Shown here: piece after piece, positions 55,501 through 64,000 of the stretch | Layout: every line of letters starts with the position of its first letter | Numbering within the stretch: position 1 is the stretch's first letter | Source of the DNA: Euprymna scolopes | Taxonomy: Eukaryota | Reading direction: 5' to 3' (one strand) | Assembly: GCA_053919585.1 (NCBI GenBank) | Contig: CM132783.1 | DNA length: 64,000 nucleotides | Program-made: the position numbers and the translations under genes | Notes under the pieces: generated by a model | Seen by the model: only the letters and a program-made list of their open reading frames with translations | Databases searched by the model: none | What the model was told of the DNA's origin: nothing

Positions 55501-58500
55501 ATAATATAATAAATAATGAACTAAGGCTTCATTTTTTTGTTTAATAACATTTTAAATGATTTACGAAAAGTAGTTTTAATAAAAAAGATTTTTTCTAGAA
55601 AAGTCTTTCAAAAAGGATATAATCAGATTTCATATTCGTTAAAAATGTATTAACATTGGAATATTAAACAGACAAAAAAAAAAAAAAAAAAAAATCCCCA
55701 CTATCATGAGATTTATAATTAAAAAAGATGTTAAAATAATGATGGATGCAATGAAGTGAGAGGGTTAGACATTTAAACTTTTCCAAGCTAACATCCCATT
55801 TGTTTACAAGCTTACTATTTCCTATGGCAGGTAAGTGAGGCTTTCAAATGAGTAGAAGATAGAATTTTTAACAACATGATGGTTTTCTTATATAATGTAC
55901 TCAAGAATAAAATCACTGAACAAACAAGTGGACTGTGAATAGGACACAATCTTTTTGACAATGCTTTCACTTATTTCATAGAAATAGAGATTTAAAAAAG
56001 GGAAAGGGAGTAGCTGAACTATTAATCTTGAATATGAAATGAAATGAGTTAAGGTAACAGTCACACAATGAAATTATTAAATGTTAAGCACTTTTTACAA
56101 CTAATTTTTTTTTTTAATATCTAAAACTAAAAAATATCTTATTTCTGAGACAAGTATTAATTATTTACATGTTTTGGACTGTTGTCCTTACTTTGTTCAT
56201 AACATTTTAGTTGCTGTACTCTATAGCCATCATTAGGTGCCTTTAGTTGTAATTGGTAACCTTTCAGGAATTTTTGAACACTGAAAAATATCACATTAGA
56301 TTTTTCAACTTGGCATAAAAGCATTAAAATATTTTCTAGTAAATTTATCTAGAGGTTATGAGTTCAATCCCTGCTGTAAGAATCTTAAGAAAAATTAACT
56401 GATACTAGTTGTGAAATGTTGAGAGAAATCTACCCCAGTGGATAAATAAAATAAATGTGTTTGAAATTCTTAGAATGTTACTATATCAAAAAGCATTTGA
56501 AGAGGTTGGACAACACAAATGATTGAAACAAACAAGAACGACAATGAGGATAATTGTTTGAAACATGTAAATAATAAAAGTTACATAAAAGAAGGTACAT
56601 ACAAATTAACTTGCTCAAAGAAAAAGAAAAAATATTTTAGATCCTAAAACAGAAGCACAGTTGATAAAGTTTAGAATACTAAAAAAAAAATAAAAATAAA
56701 ATACTTTTGTTGGATGATGAAAGTAAAACTAAATTAAATGTTTGAGCAGATAACAAATACAACACAAATTACAAATACAATACAAAATACAAGTAGAAAA
56801 TTCTAAAATGTATACCCCCTCTCAGTACTACAATTTTCCTTTGAGTTTTAATTAGTTGCTCTGCTATTTCTTGAGAATCTAGGCTGCTCTATTTCATCCA
56901 TAGGTGGGGGAGAAGAAATTAGTGAAAGTGATGCAATATTCCCAACAGAACTTGAACATGGCATGCCAAACTCCTATCAGTAATGACTACATTATTAATG
57001 CCACTTCCCTAACATTTATACAAAATACCCAACTATTACAGAAGTATACAATAAGTACATATGTATATTTTTTTTTTAAATCAAATGTATACTGTTCAAT
57101 AAGTTTTAATCTGATAACATCATAAATTATGCATAAGTATTGAGAATTTAAAAACTGAATCAAAACAAAAGTAGGAAATTTATTTAATCCTAATTGTGTT
57201 GTACTCTGATATTGATGAAAAATGGAAAGATTAGAATCAAAATCAATTTATTAATAATTAATACAGTTTAATTTTAGTAAATTGTCTCCCTTTAAGATTT
57301 TCTAGTTTAATTAAAGATAAAAAAATGTTTTCATATTTTACTAATTTGCTATTCATTACTAGTTGGTTAAATGACTGACTGACTTATTTCTTGTTTTATG
57401 GAAATTACGTTCATATCAATGACGAATCAACAAAATACAATAAAATTTTTTTTTTTTTTTAATTAACCTACTTGATAAATTTTCCCAATTTTTTTTATGT
57501 AGATATTTAGATTTGCCTGATATGTAAGTATATTAAAGAGTTTTTCAGATAATTTATTTGGAACAGCAATTTTCACCCATACCCCATATTGTTGAACCAC
57601 AGAAAAGTTAACCGCAAAATAAATTCTATAAACGCTTTCATATTCGTAAAATATTCCAAAAATAAACAAAGTCCTTTTATTTACAAACAGCAAAAATTGC
57701 TCCCAGAAATTCTAAATGGAAAGATGATGAGCAAAATTCAAGATTTTAATGAATTAAAAGAAAATCTTAGAAGACGATTTACTAAAATAAATCCATGTTT
57801 ATTATTTTAAAATATTATACTCATAAAAATTTGATGATTCTGATTTCTGACTCTTAGGCTAATTTGATTGCAGTTGAATTATAAAATTCTTCTTTCTGAT
57901 AGTCTAAATAGAATGGACTTGAAATTCTGAACATCAAATTTATTATTTTTAAGGAAACACGATTCACAAAATACAAAAGTAGAGAGAAAGCAAAAAGAAT
58001 TTAGATATATGTACGATACTCACAAGAGATTATTTTTTACATGATACAAACTAACAACTGTTAAAGATTATAAAAACAAAAATGCTACAAATGTAAAACA
58101 AACTTAGTTTTTTTAAAATCAAGAACACTTTAAAATAATGTTATTTATCTTCTGTATAATAATGCCCTCTCTGCTTTTGAAACTAAAAATGAGAATAAAT
58201 TACATCCTTGTGTATAATACAACCCTGGGTTCTAGTCAGCTAACATACTTACTAACTTCTGGTGTAACACTACCAGAAGCTGTGACAAGACAAATCAGTT
58301 CTTTTGCTTTTTTTCTTTCACGCTTATATCTCCCCTGGTCATGTACTTTTTTTTTAAAAATGTTTTTCTGATCATCATGAAAAAGTTTTTTCAGTTTTAT
58401 TTTAATTAAGAATCATTAGAATTAGTTTGATTTTTTATTTTTAAATCATTGAAAACATTTAAAAAAATTTTTTTTTTTTTTTTTTTTTTTAACTTTTTTG

Positions 58501-60504
58501 GGAATATAATGTATTGGATACTTTTTTTTGTTAATGATGTTTGAAATTTTGTTATTTTGATTTCAATAATTTTATTTTATACTTTCATAAACATATATTA
58601 TAGAAATTCAAATAAAATCTTTTATTTATAAAATAAAAAACTTATTTTTATAAATTTCATAAACATATTTTTTATAAAATTTCAAATAAAATAAAAACTT
58701 ATTGTATACTTTTCAATAATGAACTTTTCTCATATTTTATTTCATTAAATTGCTAAACAGAAATACTGAAGAACAAAAAAGTGAAAGAACTGATTTGCCT
58801 GGTCACCACTTCCAGTAACAGCCAAACTGGAAGTTAGGAAGTATGTTAACTGACTACATAGTACAACAATTTTCAAATTTTTTTTTTGTTTAAAAGGTGT
58901 ACTATGCTGACCATTAAAATCTCAATGTTGTACAAATACTTCAATACAATATTTTTCATTATATAAAAGAATATAAATGAATCATCTTTAACCATTGTGT
59001 GTTTCTTCTAATTTGAGTTACAAAACTAATATTTTTTAGGAGACAGTGGTAATGAAACTTGCATGTCGATACAATTGAAGTTGTTAATAGACGATACTTT
59101 TGTTTTAATTTTATTGTATTTCTCTGTATTAATTAATTATGAAACAAATATTGTCTTTCAGTAAAAAGAGAACACTATGAAAAAAAATTTTGAAAATTAA
59201 ATATAAACAAATATCTTGTGAACAAATGTTCAAACTTAAAACATTTTTAAAACTCAAATTTTCATGTATTTTTTTTGAATTTTTATCAATTTCACTGAAT
59301 TTCCTTTAGAGATAAAAGGATGTTTAATTACACGGATTCGCAAAGAACAAATATTGTCAATATATTAAATACCTTTTATTATCAACACCTATTTTGTATT
59401 TTTGTTACCTTCTCTGATAACTTGTGTATTTATAATCTTGCCATTTCAAGAACTTTTTTTTAAAGCTGAATAAGAAAAATTCAGAGAATGTGTGCTTATG
59501 TATATGTAATATCCCCATATATACACTTTTTGATGTTAAAGTTTATTTTAAATTTTGATGCGTGTTCAGAATTTCACCTAAATAATAAAAAAATTTGTAT
59601 AATGCATGTACCTAGCATAGAAAGAAAATATAGTAAACTATGTATATTTATCAAGTAGTTCTATTTTTAAATAAGAAAATAAAATTTATGACGAAGATAT
59701 GAGAGTTGATCTCACAATGCCATCTTAAAAATAATGTGAAGAAAGAGAGATAATTCAAACTTGCAAAGTTTTAAAAAGCCATTGTTAATAGGGAGCGAGA
59801 GGAGGCATAGGAAATCTCAAATTCGCTTAAAAATTACTTTCTTTACAAAAATAAAACTACTTGAACAATTTATGTGATTCTCAGTGTACAATATTTTCTT
59901 TCCATCATAGGTACATAAATCATAAAAATTTTTATTTACTTTCTTTTTTTTAAATATAGAGGAAATTCTGGATAAAGACCTACATTTTCTAATACAGGAA
60001 AATATGGTAATAAATAATAAACCTCTTACAAGTAATGTAACTGATCATTCAATACTTTCATTCTGATTTTTAAGCTAAAGAATGAAAGAACTAAATGATC
60101 AGTTTGTCTTTACAAGTACGAAAGAGAGATTTAGTAAGCTGTAAGCTATGACTATTGCAATGCAAGTGTATCCAAAAAAGGAGTGCAAGGTGCTCTTTTA
60201 ATAAAGATATTTAGAGATACTTACACAAATATAAATGAGAAAAAAAAAAGCTATCAATAATAAAATAAATAACAACAATGAACATGAAAGAAGTGAGGAT
60301 AGCACAACACCAATAGAGAAATTGTTATATTCTTACCAGAATTTGAGGAATCATCAAATAGTGGACTTGGGGGAGAAGACAATTCACTGTCACTGCTAGC
60401 AGTAGGGGGACTGCGAGAAGGCGAACCAGTGATAGATCCAGGTGGAGTCAACACCATAACAGGATCATGCTTCAATTGCATTCCAACCAATGCGTCATCC
60501 ATAT
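24941..60504 (-). CDS. SREBP: Sterol regulatory element-binding protein, 3' part (post-bHLH linker, TM1, luminal loop, TM2, C-terminal regulatory domain); complement(join 60337-60504,49155-49343,47800-47975,44893-45154,42092-42258,39631-39793,38836-38926,36719-36834,34438-34570,34149-34320,27296-27472,26273-26381,24941-25251), about 744 codons
   Basis: 13 GT-AG exons with mutually compatible phases give one open frame. Motifs include LTPP-x-S, DRSR, NP in TM1, RxxL (RVLL), GEPV...[55 protein letters not shown] and [10 protein letters not shown]. Exon boundaries match vertebrate SREBF1/2 as recalled. Confidence 0.96.
26273..26381 (-). CDS. SREBP: SREBP exon ([23 protein letters not shown]...)
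   Basis: atcag acceptor, gtatgt donor, phase 0/1. Confidence 0.95.
27296..27472 (-). CDS. SREBP: SREBP exon ([11 protein letters not shown]...FQQDLACLR...ALKK)
   Basis: ggcag acceptor, gtgagt donor, phase 0/0. Confidence 0.92.
30037..31195 (-). mobile_element. RTE-clade LINE, 5'-truncated and degenerate
   Basis: On -: [35 protein letters not shown] (RT motif); GAT-type tail near 30040. Confidence 0.85.
32221..32304 (-). ncRNA. mir-33: mir-33 family pre-miRNA in SREBP intron; predicted 5p UUGCAUUGUUAGUUGCAUUGCA (32290-32269)
   Basis: Near-identical to canonical miR-33 (GUGCAUUGUAGUUGCAUUGCA) with the same seed. It pairs with a 3p arm at about 32254-32231. There is a basal stem of about 13 bp, UG at -14/-13 and CNNC (CAUC) about 16 nt past the 3' cut. 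It is sense to SREBP, in the third-from-last intron. Confidence 0.93.
34149..34320 (-). CDS. SREBP: SREBP exon (SDPLPKATF...[12 protein letters not shown]...EILR)
   Basis: tttcag acceptor, gtaagt donor, phase 2/0. Confidence 0.93.
34438..34570 (-). CDS. SREBP: SREBP exon ([13 protein letters not shown]...LIDS)
   Basis: tttcag acceptor, gtaaat donor, phase 1/2. Confidence 0.93.
36137..36623 (+). mobile_element. Non-autonomous Helitron-like element
   Basis: A|TCTATATATATAAAAG start, 3' CCGG...CCGG hairpin and CTAG|T end, no TSD. Another CTAG-ended element finishes at 36121. Confidence 0.75.
36719..36834 (-). CDS. SREBP: SREBP exon ([19 protein letters not shown]...SVQ)
   Basis: tcttag acceptor, gtaaac donor, phase 2/1. 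Confidence 0.9.
37649..37950 (+). mobile_element. 5S rRNA-derived SINE, body B, with a 15-bp TSD
   Basis: 5S-like head at 37649-37760. TSD TTAATAAAAATATAT at 37634-37648 and 37951-37965. TTTTG-type tail. Confidence 0.88.
38043..38124. repeat. (GT)n microsatellite followed by (GC)5
   Basis: Read directly from the sequence. Confidence 0.95.
38836..38926 (-). CDS. SREBP: SREBP exon ([18 protein letters not shown]...)
   Basis: ttccag acceptor, gtaaga donor, phase 1/2. Confidence 0.93.
39631..39793 (-). CDS. SREBP: SREBP exon (RYFLIKVR...[15 protein letters not shown]...GSP)
   Basis: ttttag acceptor, gtaaat donor, phase 0/1. Confidence 0.93.
40380..40990 (+). mobile_element. Penelope-like element remnant (C-terminal ORF fragment plus terminal repeat)
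   Basis: [21 protein letters not shown]...[12 protein letters not shown] resembles the C-terminus of PLE GIY-YIG proteins. The terminal repeat recurs at about 19690-19860, 26600-26820, 45225-45610 (-) and 56160-56575. Confidence 0.65.
42092..42258 (-). CDS. SREBP: SREBP exon (GHNSGT...[11 protein letters not shown]...KVFS)
   Basis: ttccag acceptor, gtgagt donor, phase 1/0. Confidence 0.94.
42603..42890 (+). mobile_element. 5S rRNA-derived SINE, body A, with an internal duplication of the box C region
   Basis: 5S head, then ATGGCTGACCAATTTGAGAATACCAG / ATGGATAACCAATTTGGAAACACCAG tandem; body aligns with 48810-48940. Confidence 0.85.
44893..45154 (-). CDS. SREBP: SREBP exon ([10 protein letters not shown]...[10 protein letters not shown])
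   Basis: taatag acceptor, gtaggt donor, phase 0/1. Confidence 0.94.
45225..45610 (-). mobile_element. Penelope-like terminal-repeat copy, inverted relative to 40690-40990
   Basis: Roughly 80% identity by eye over about 120 bp of core (AATACAATTGCAAATTA...GCAGATTC). Confidence 0.7.
46412..47500 (-). mobile_element. Two tandem Helitron-like copies (46412-about 47247; 47278-about 47500)
   Basis: Both show ACTAG(C/T)AGG...CGTTGCCCAGTC 3' ends on + and share TATATCAAGTTTCAAG...AAGGTCAC. Confidence 0.65.
47800..47975 (-). CDS. SREBP: SREBP exon with TM2 and GEPV...YWRHKKQ
   Basis: taaag acceptor, gtaagt donor, phase 1/0. Confidence 0.92.
48688..48981 (+). mobile_element. 5S rRNA-derived SINE, body A, full-length, with (CA)n tail and a 14-bp TSD
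   Basis: 5S head at 48688-48800, 3' stem-loop AACCC-GAAAA-GGGTT, (CA)n tail. TSD ATTCATGATATTTA at 48674-48687 and 48982-48995. Confidence 0.9.
49155..49343 (-). CDS. SREBP: SREBP exon with DRSR, TM1 (NP) and RVLL site-1 motif
   Basis: ttttcag acceptor, gttggt donor, phase 1/1. Confidence 0.93.
50880..52080 (-). mobile_element. CR1-group (Daphne/Crack-like) LINE RT fragment, 5'-truncated
   Basis: VWHEGL...[21 protein letters not shown]...IYANDTTLY (decayed YADD). Confidence 0.88.
60337..60504 (-). CDS. SREBP: SREBP exon (DMDDALVG...[12 protein letters not shown]...DSSNS)
   Basis: ctctag acceptor, gtaaga donor, phase 1/1, Ser/Pro-rich with phosphodegron-like motif. Confidence 0.85.
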
Positions 60505-60817
60505 CTAGAGAGTAGAGGCAGTCGGGTACAGTTATATAAAATAGATCTGGCTGACGAGGAGGAGGCAAACATCTGACGACAGCCTCAATAACAAAAAACT
60601 ATTGAAAACATTTCAAAGTAATTAAGGGGGTTTTATTCACATTTCTTAGGGGTTTGAGTGATTTTATTTCTTTTTAAAAGAATAAATTTTCCAATGATAA
60701 TTTTTGTGGGCAACATAGCCTCAAATGCATCCATTGGTGGAATGAAAAACAGAAGAAGCTAAGATTTTCAGGTTTGGTTTGTTTTATGGCATATGAAACC
60801 TTTTTAGGTAATTTAAT

Positions 60818-63686
60818 CTATATCTGGTTGGGCTCTTTGCCCGGACCAATGTGACTCTCTCTCTCCAAATTTCCCAGTCTTCCATCAGCTGCCTCAGATC
60901 TTCAGGATCACAGTTGGTGTTATGTGCAATTTGCTGGATCTACGTAGATCTAGATCATCCTATGCTCGTGCACCCGTGCCATGGAGTCCACCACAATACA
61001 TTTCTCACCAGCTCTTACTCCTCTAGCAGTGATCGACAAATTGTAGACACTGCTCCCTGATGGTATTAGATATGGCAGATAACTTGCCATAAAGTTACTC
61101 CTTCATAGGATGATCTTGCCAAGATATATTTAACACTCTTCATATGGGTGTACATGCTGTCTAGCTTTCTTTCCAATATTTTGGTGAGTGTCCATGTTGT
61201 AGCACTATAAACAAGGACATACTCCTCCAATGCTCTAAAAAACTGCCTTTTCAATTTGTCATTTAGCCTTGAAGTCTATACCGACTGCAGCTTTTCCAAT
61301 GCAGCCCATGCTTTTGAGATGCGAATTTCAATCTCTCTCTCCGTGGACTCTATGTTGCTGGCCAAGTACATAAACTCAGTAACTTCTTTCAGTGTTGTTC
61401 TATCTAGTTTTGATCTTCCTCTTCACATTGAAAGTCAAACTGTCTTATCTGAATTAATGTAAAGACCAATGTCATTTGCAGACTTTTCTAGTTCACGTAA
61501 CAGCATTTGCACATCAACAGTGTTATTCGTGAACATAGCAATATTGCCTGCGCAATCTGCGTCAGTTATGTGTGCTGATGGATGGTGTCTACTTCTAGAT
61601 TTATTTAAGGTGAAACCCAGTGTGCTGTGTATATCAACAGAGGTGCGAAGTACACAGCCAAGACAGACAATGAAAAGAAAAGAGACTAGAGTGTCTCCCT
61701 AAAGCACCCTAGCATGAATGTCAAAGAATTCAGTGTCACCATCTGGCGAGCTGACCATTGCTCGAATGTGTTTGTATAGCATCATGATAGCATTAATGAC
61801 TGTTTGGAATGTCATATGCCTTTAAGATGCTGACCATTTTCCCTCTATTTACAGAGCCGAACGCTTTGGAGAAATCTACAAAGAGCATGATTACCTCAAG
61901 GTTTTTGGCTTTGACTACTTCAATTAGTCTCCTGACAGTAAGAATTTGATCAGTAGTAGAGCGACTCTTCCTAAATTCTTCCTGAGCACTTTTTCGATCT
62001 TTGGTTGGATACGGTTGAGAAGCATGACCTTGTAAATTTTTGCTGCAATTGGAGTAAGATCTTGGTATGCTTAGGTCACCTTTCTTGGGGGAGGAAAGTA
62101 TGCATCTTTCTCTTCACACATGAACAACCTCTTGATTATATACAGCACTGCATGAATCAAGAAGGCTGTCATTGAAGCCACCGGTCTTTCAGACTTCAGG
62201 AGGAATGTCATTTAAACCTGCAGCTTTACGATTCTTAGTCTTCTTTAGTGCAGCTAGAAGTTCCACCATCGTAAAATCTTTTCTCAATATCAAATTCCTG
62301 TTCAACAATCGATTGAAATGGTTGGTTTGCCACTACTAGTTAATTTCCAAGTAGCTATTCAAAATGTCCTTTCCATTTCAAATGGGCATTTTCCGGGGTG
62401 TTTACCTTTAACAAAATGTTTGCACCCAAATATCTCATTTACTACTTGCCAAGCCAGAGATAATTGATTGTTATTCACAGCATTCTGGATTTGATCTATT
62501 TGTTTTTGAACATACTTCTGTTGTTCTGATAAGTACATATTAAGCTCTTGTAGGGCATGCTTCCTTAGCTTTGTATTCTGATGAGTAGAATACTTATGAT
62601 ACTTTCTGCTAATGTTTTACAACTCTTCATGTTTTGATATTATCTTGTCATTTTCCCACAGAATTTTTCACAGTATCTTAGGCTTCAGAAGTTTACACAC
62701 CTTTGCTGCTTCTTGGAAATGAAACAGTTTTCATAGGTGGAATTAATAGTTTCCTGCTCTTGTGCTTGTAAATCATCAAACCTTTTCTGCAGTTCAATTA
62801 TGAATCCCTGTTTGATCTGATTGTTGTGTGGCAATGTTGACCAATTGTAGAGTTGTCTAAATGAACTTTTAGTTTTGTTCGCCTATAGACTTAACCTCAA
62901 CTTACGAGGTTACAATCTTATGCTCAGTGAACACACCATAGAAACTGCTGCAAGCTTCAGTTGTGATAGCTATTGATCCATTTCTTATTCATAAAAAGAA
63001 ACCTAAGCTAGCTAAGAGTAATCATGCTATCAAAATATCTACCTTTAATGTACGGACGCTTCAACCCATATCTCAGATATCAGAAGTTGTTGCTTCATCC
63101 AAAGACTATGATATCGATATTGTTTGTATTCAAGAGCACCAGTTCTTCCATGATGACCTGGAAATAAAGTACCATGAAATTGGTAATAGCTGGACACGTA
63201 TCAGCGTCAGCATGGAAGAATTCGATGAATAGTGCCATCGGTGAAGTAGGACTTCTGCTTAACCATCGAGCATTAAAATCATTGAACATTGCGGAAAAGA
63301 TAACAAAGAATAATTATTGCTACTTTCAGTGGTAATCTTACTACTACTGTGATTTGTTGCTACAATCCTACCAACGCCAGTGACAAGCGAGAGATCTTGA
63401 ATTTCTACAACGATCTCTCAGCAATAGTGCGCTCAGTTCCCAGACATAATTTATTGGTTATCAGGGGCGACATGAATGTGCATATAGGCTGTGGCAACAA
63501 CAAGCATAAGTTTTTTTTCCATGACTCCATAAACAAAAACAGAGGACATCTTCAAACTTTTCTCTCCGAAAACAACCTACATTGCATGAATACCTATTTT
63601 CAGAAAAAAACCTGTTAAACTCTGGAGCTATCAATACCCAAATGGAGTCAAGGCAGAGCTGGACTATCTTTTTATGAATAAGAAAT
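60818..63686 (-). mobile_element. RTE/RTE-X-type LINE with an inverted 5' (endonuclease) segment and an 11-bp TSD
   Basis: RT/C-terminal part on - (60830-62999). APE endonuclease on + (TFNVRTL, CIQEH, GDMN, LDYLFMNKKW; 63000-63688). TSD GGTAATTTAAT at 60807-60817 and 63687-63697. Confidence 0.85.
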
Positions 63687-64000
63687 GGTAATTTAATACC
63701 AAAGCACAATATTTATTGGAAATGATTTATTGAATACAAGTTGCCATTTTTTTTTTTTTTTTTTTTTAATTAAAAACTGGGAAGAAATTGGGATTTCTAA
63801 CAGTATTAGTGGATAACTGCACAGGGTAGATTCACAAAAATTTGAAATCATCATGGCTGATACCATAGCCTACAATAGTATCCATGCAATTAACCATAAA
63901 CAGCCAAATATGTTGATCTAGATAGATTTTAAAATTCAGTTCTATCTCTTCTTATAGAAAATCTTTACTATTTAAACTTTTGTTAAGAGAAAAGTGTTCT

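Noticed and set aside
54200-60200. Short ORFs in very AT-rich sequence
   Set aside because: Low-complexity intron sequence with no splice-supported coding signal.
60505-64000. SREBP bHLH-Zip exons
   Set aside because: No matching peptide found; the region is LINE and intron, so these exons lie outside the window.

Overview
AT-rich, intron-rich animal genomic DNA. It is probably an invertebrate lophotrochozoan, and the repeat complement suggests a cephalopod-like mollusc (inference only). Two convergent, 5'-truncated protein-coding genes dominate. On + are the last five coding exons of ADCK1 (5121-15386). On - are the last 13 coding exons of SREBP (60504-24941; bHLH exons lie beyond the window). 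The SREBP intron orthologous to human SREBF2 intron 16 holds a variant mir-33 hairpin with basal UG and CNNC processing motifs. Least expected is a chain of about 15-20 decayed minus-strand exons with canonical splice sites and cadherin-repeat motifs. It runs from about 21.3 kb to 3.15 kb, interleaved antisense between the ADCK1 exons, and appears to be a cadherin-like pseudogene. The window opens with a 3.1-kb 29-bp satellite that has higher-order structure. Mobile DNA includes four 5S rRNA-headed SINE copies with two different bodies (two have clear TSDs), a twin-primed RTE-type LINE, RTE and CR1-group fragments, Penelope-like remnants, Helitron-like elements and Merlin-like MITEs. All calls come from manual reading, with no database searches.
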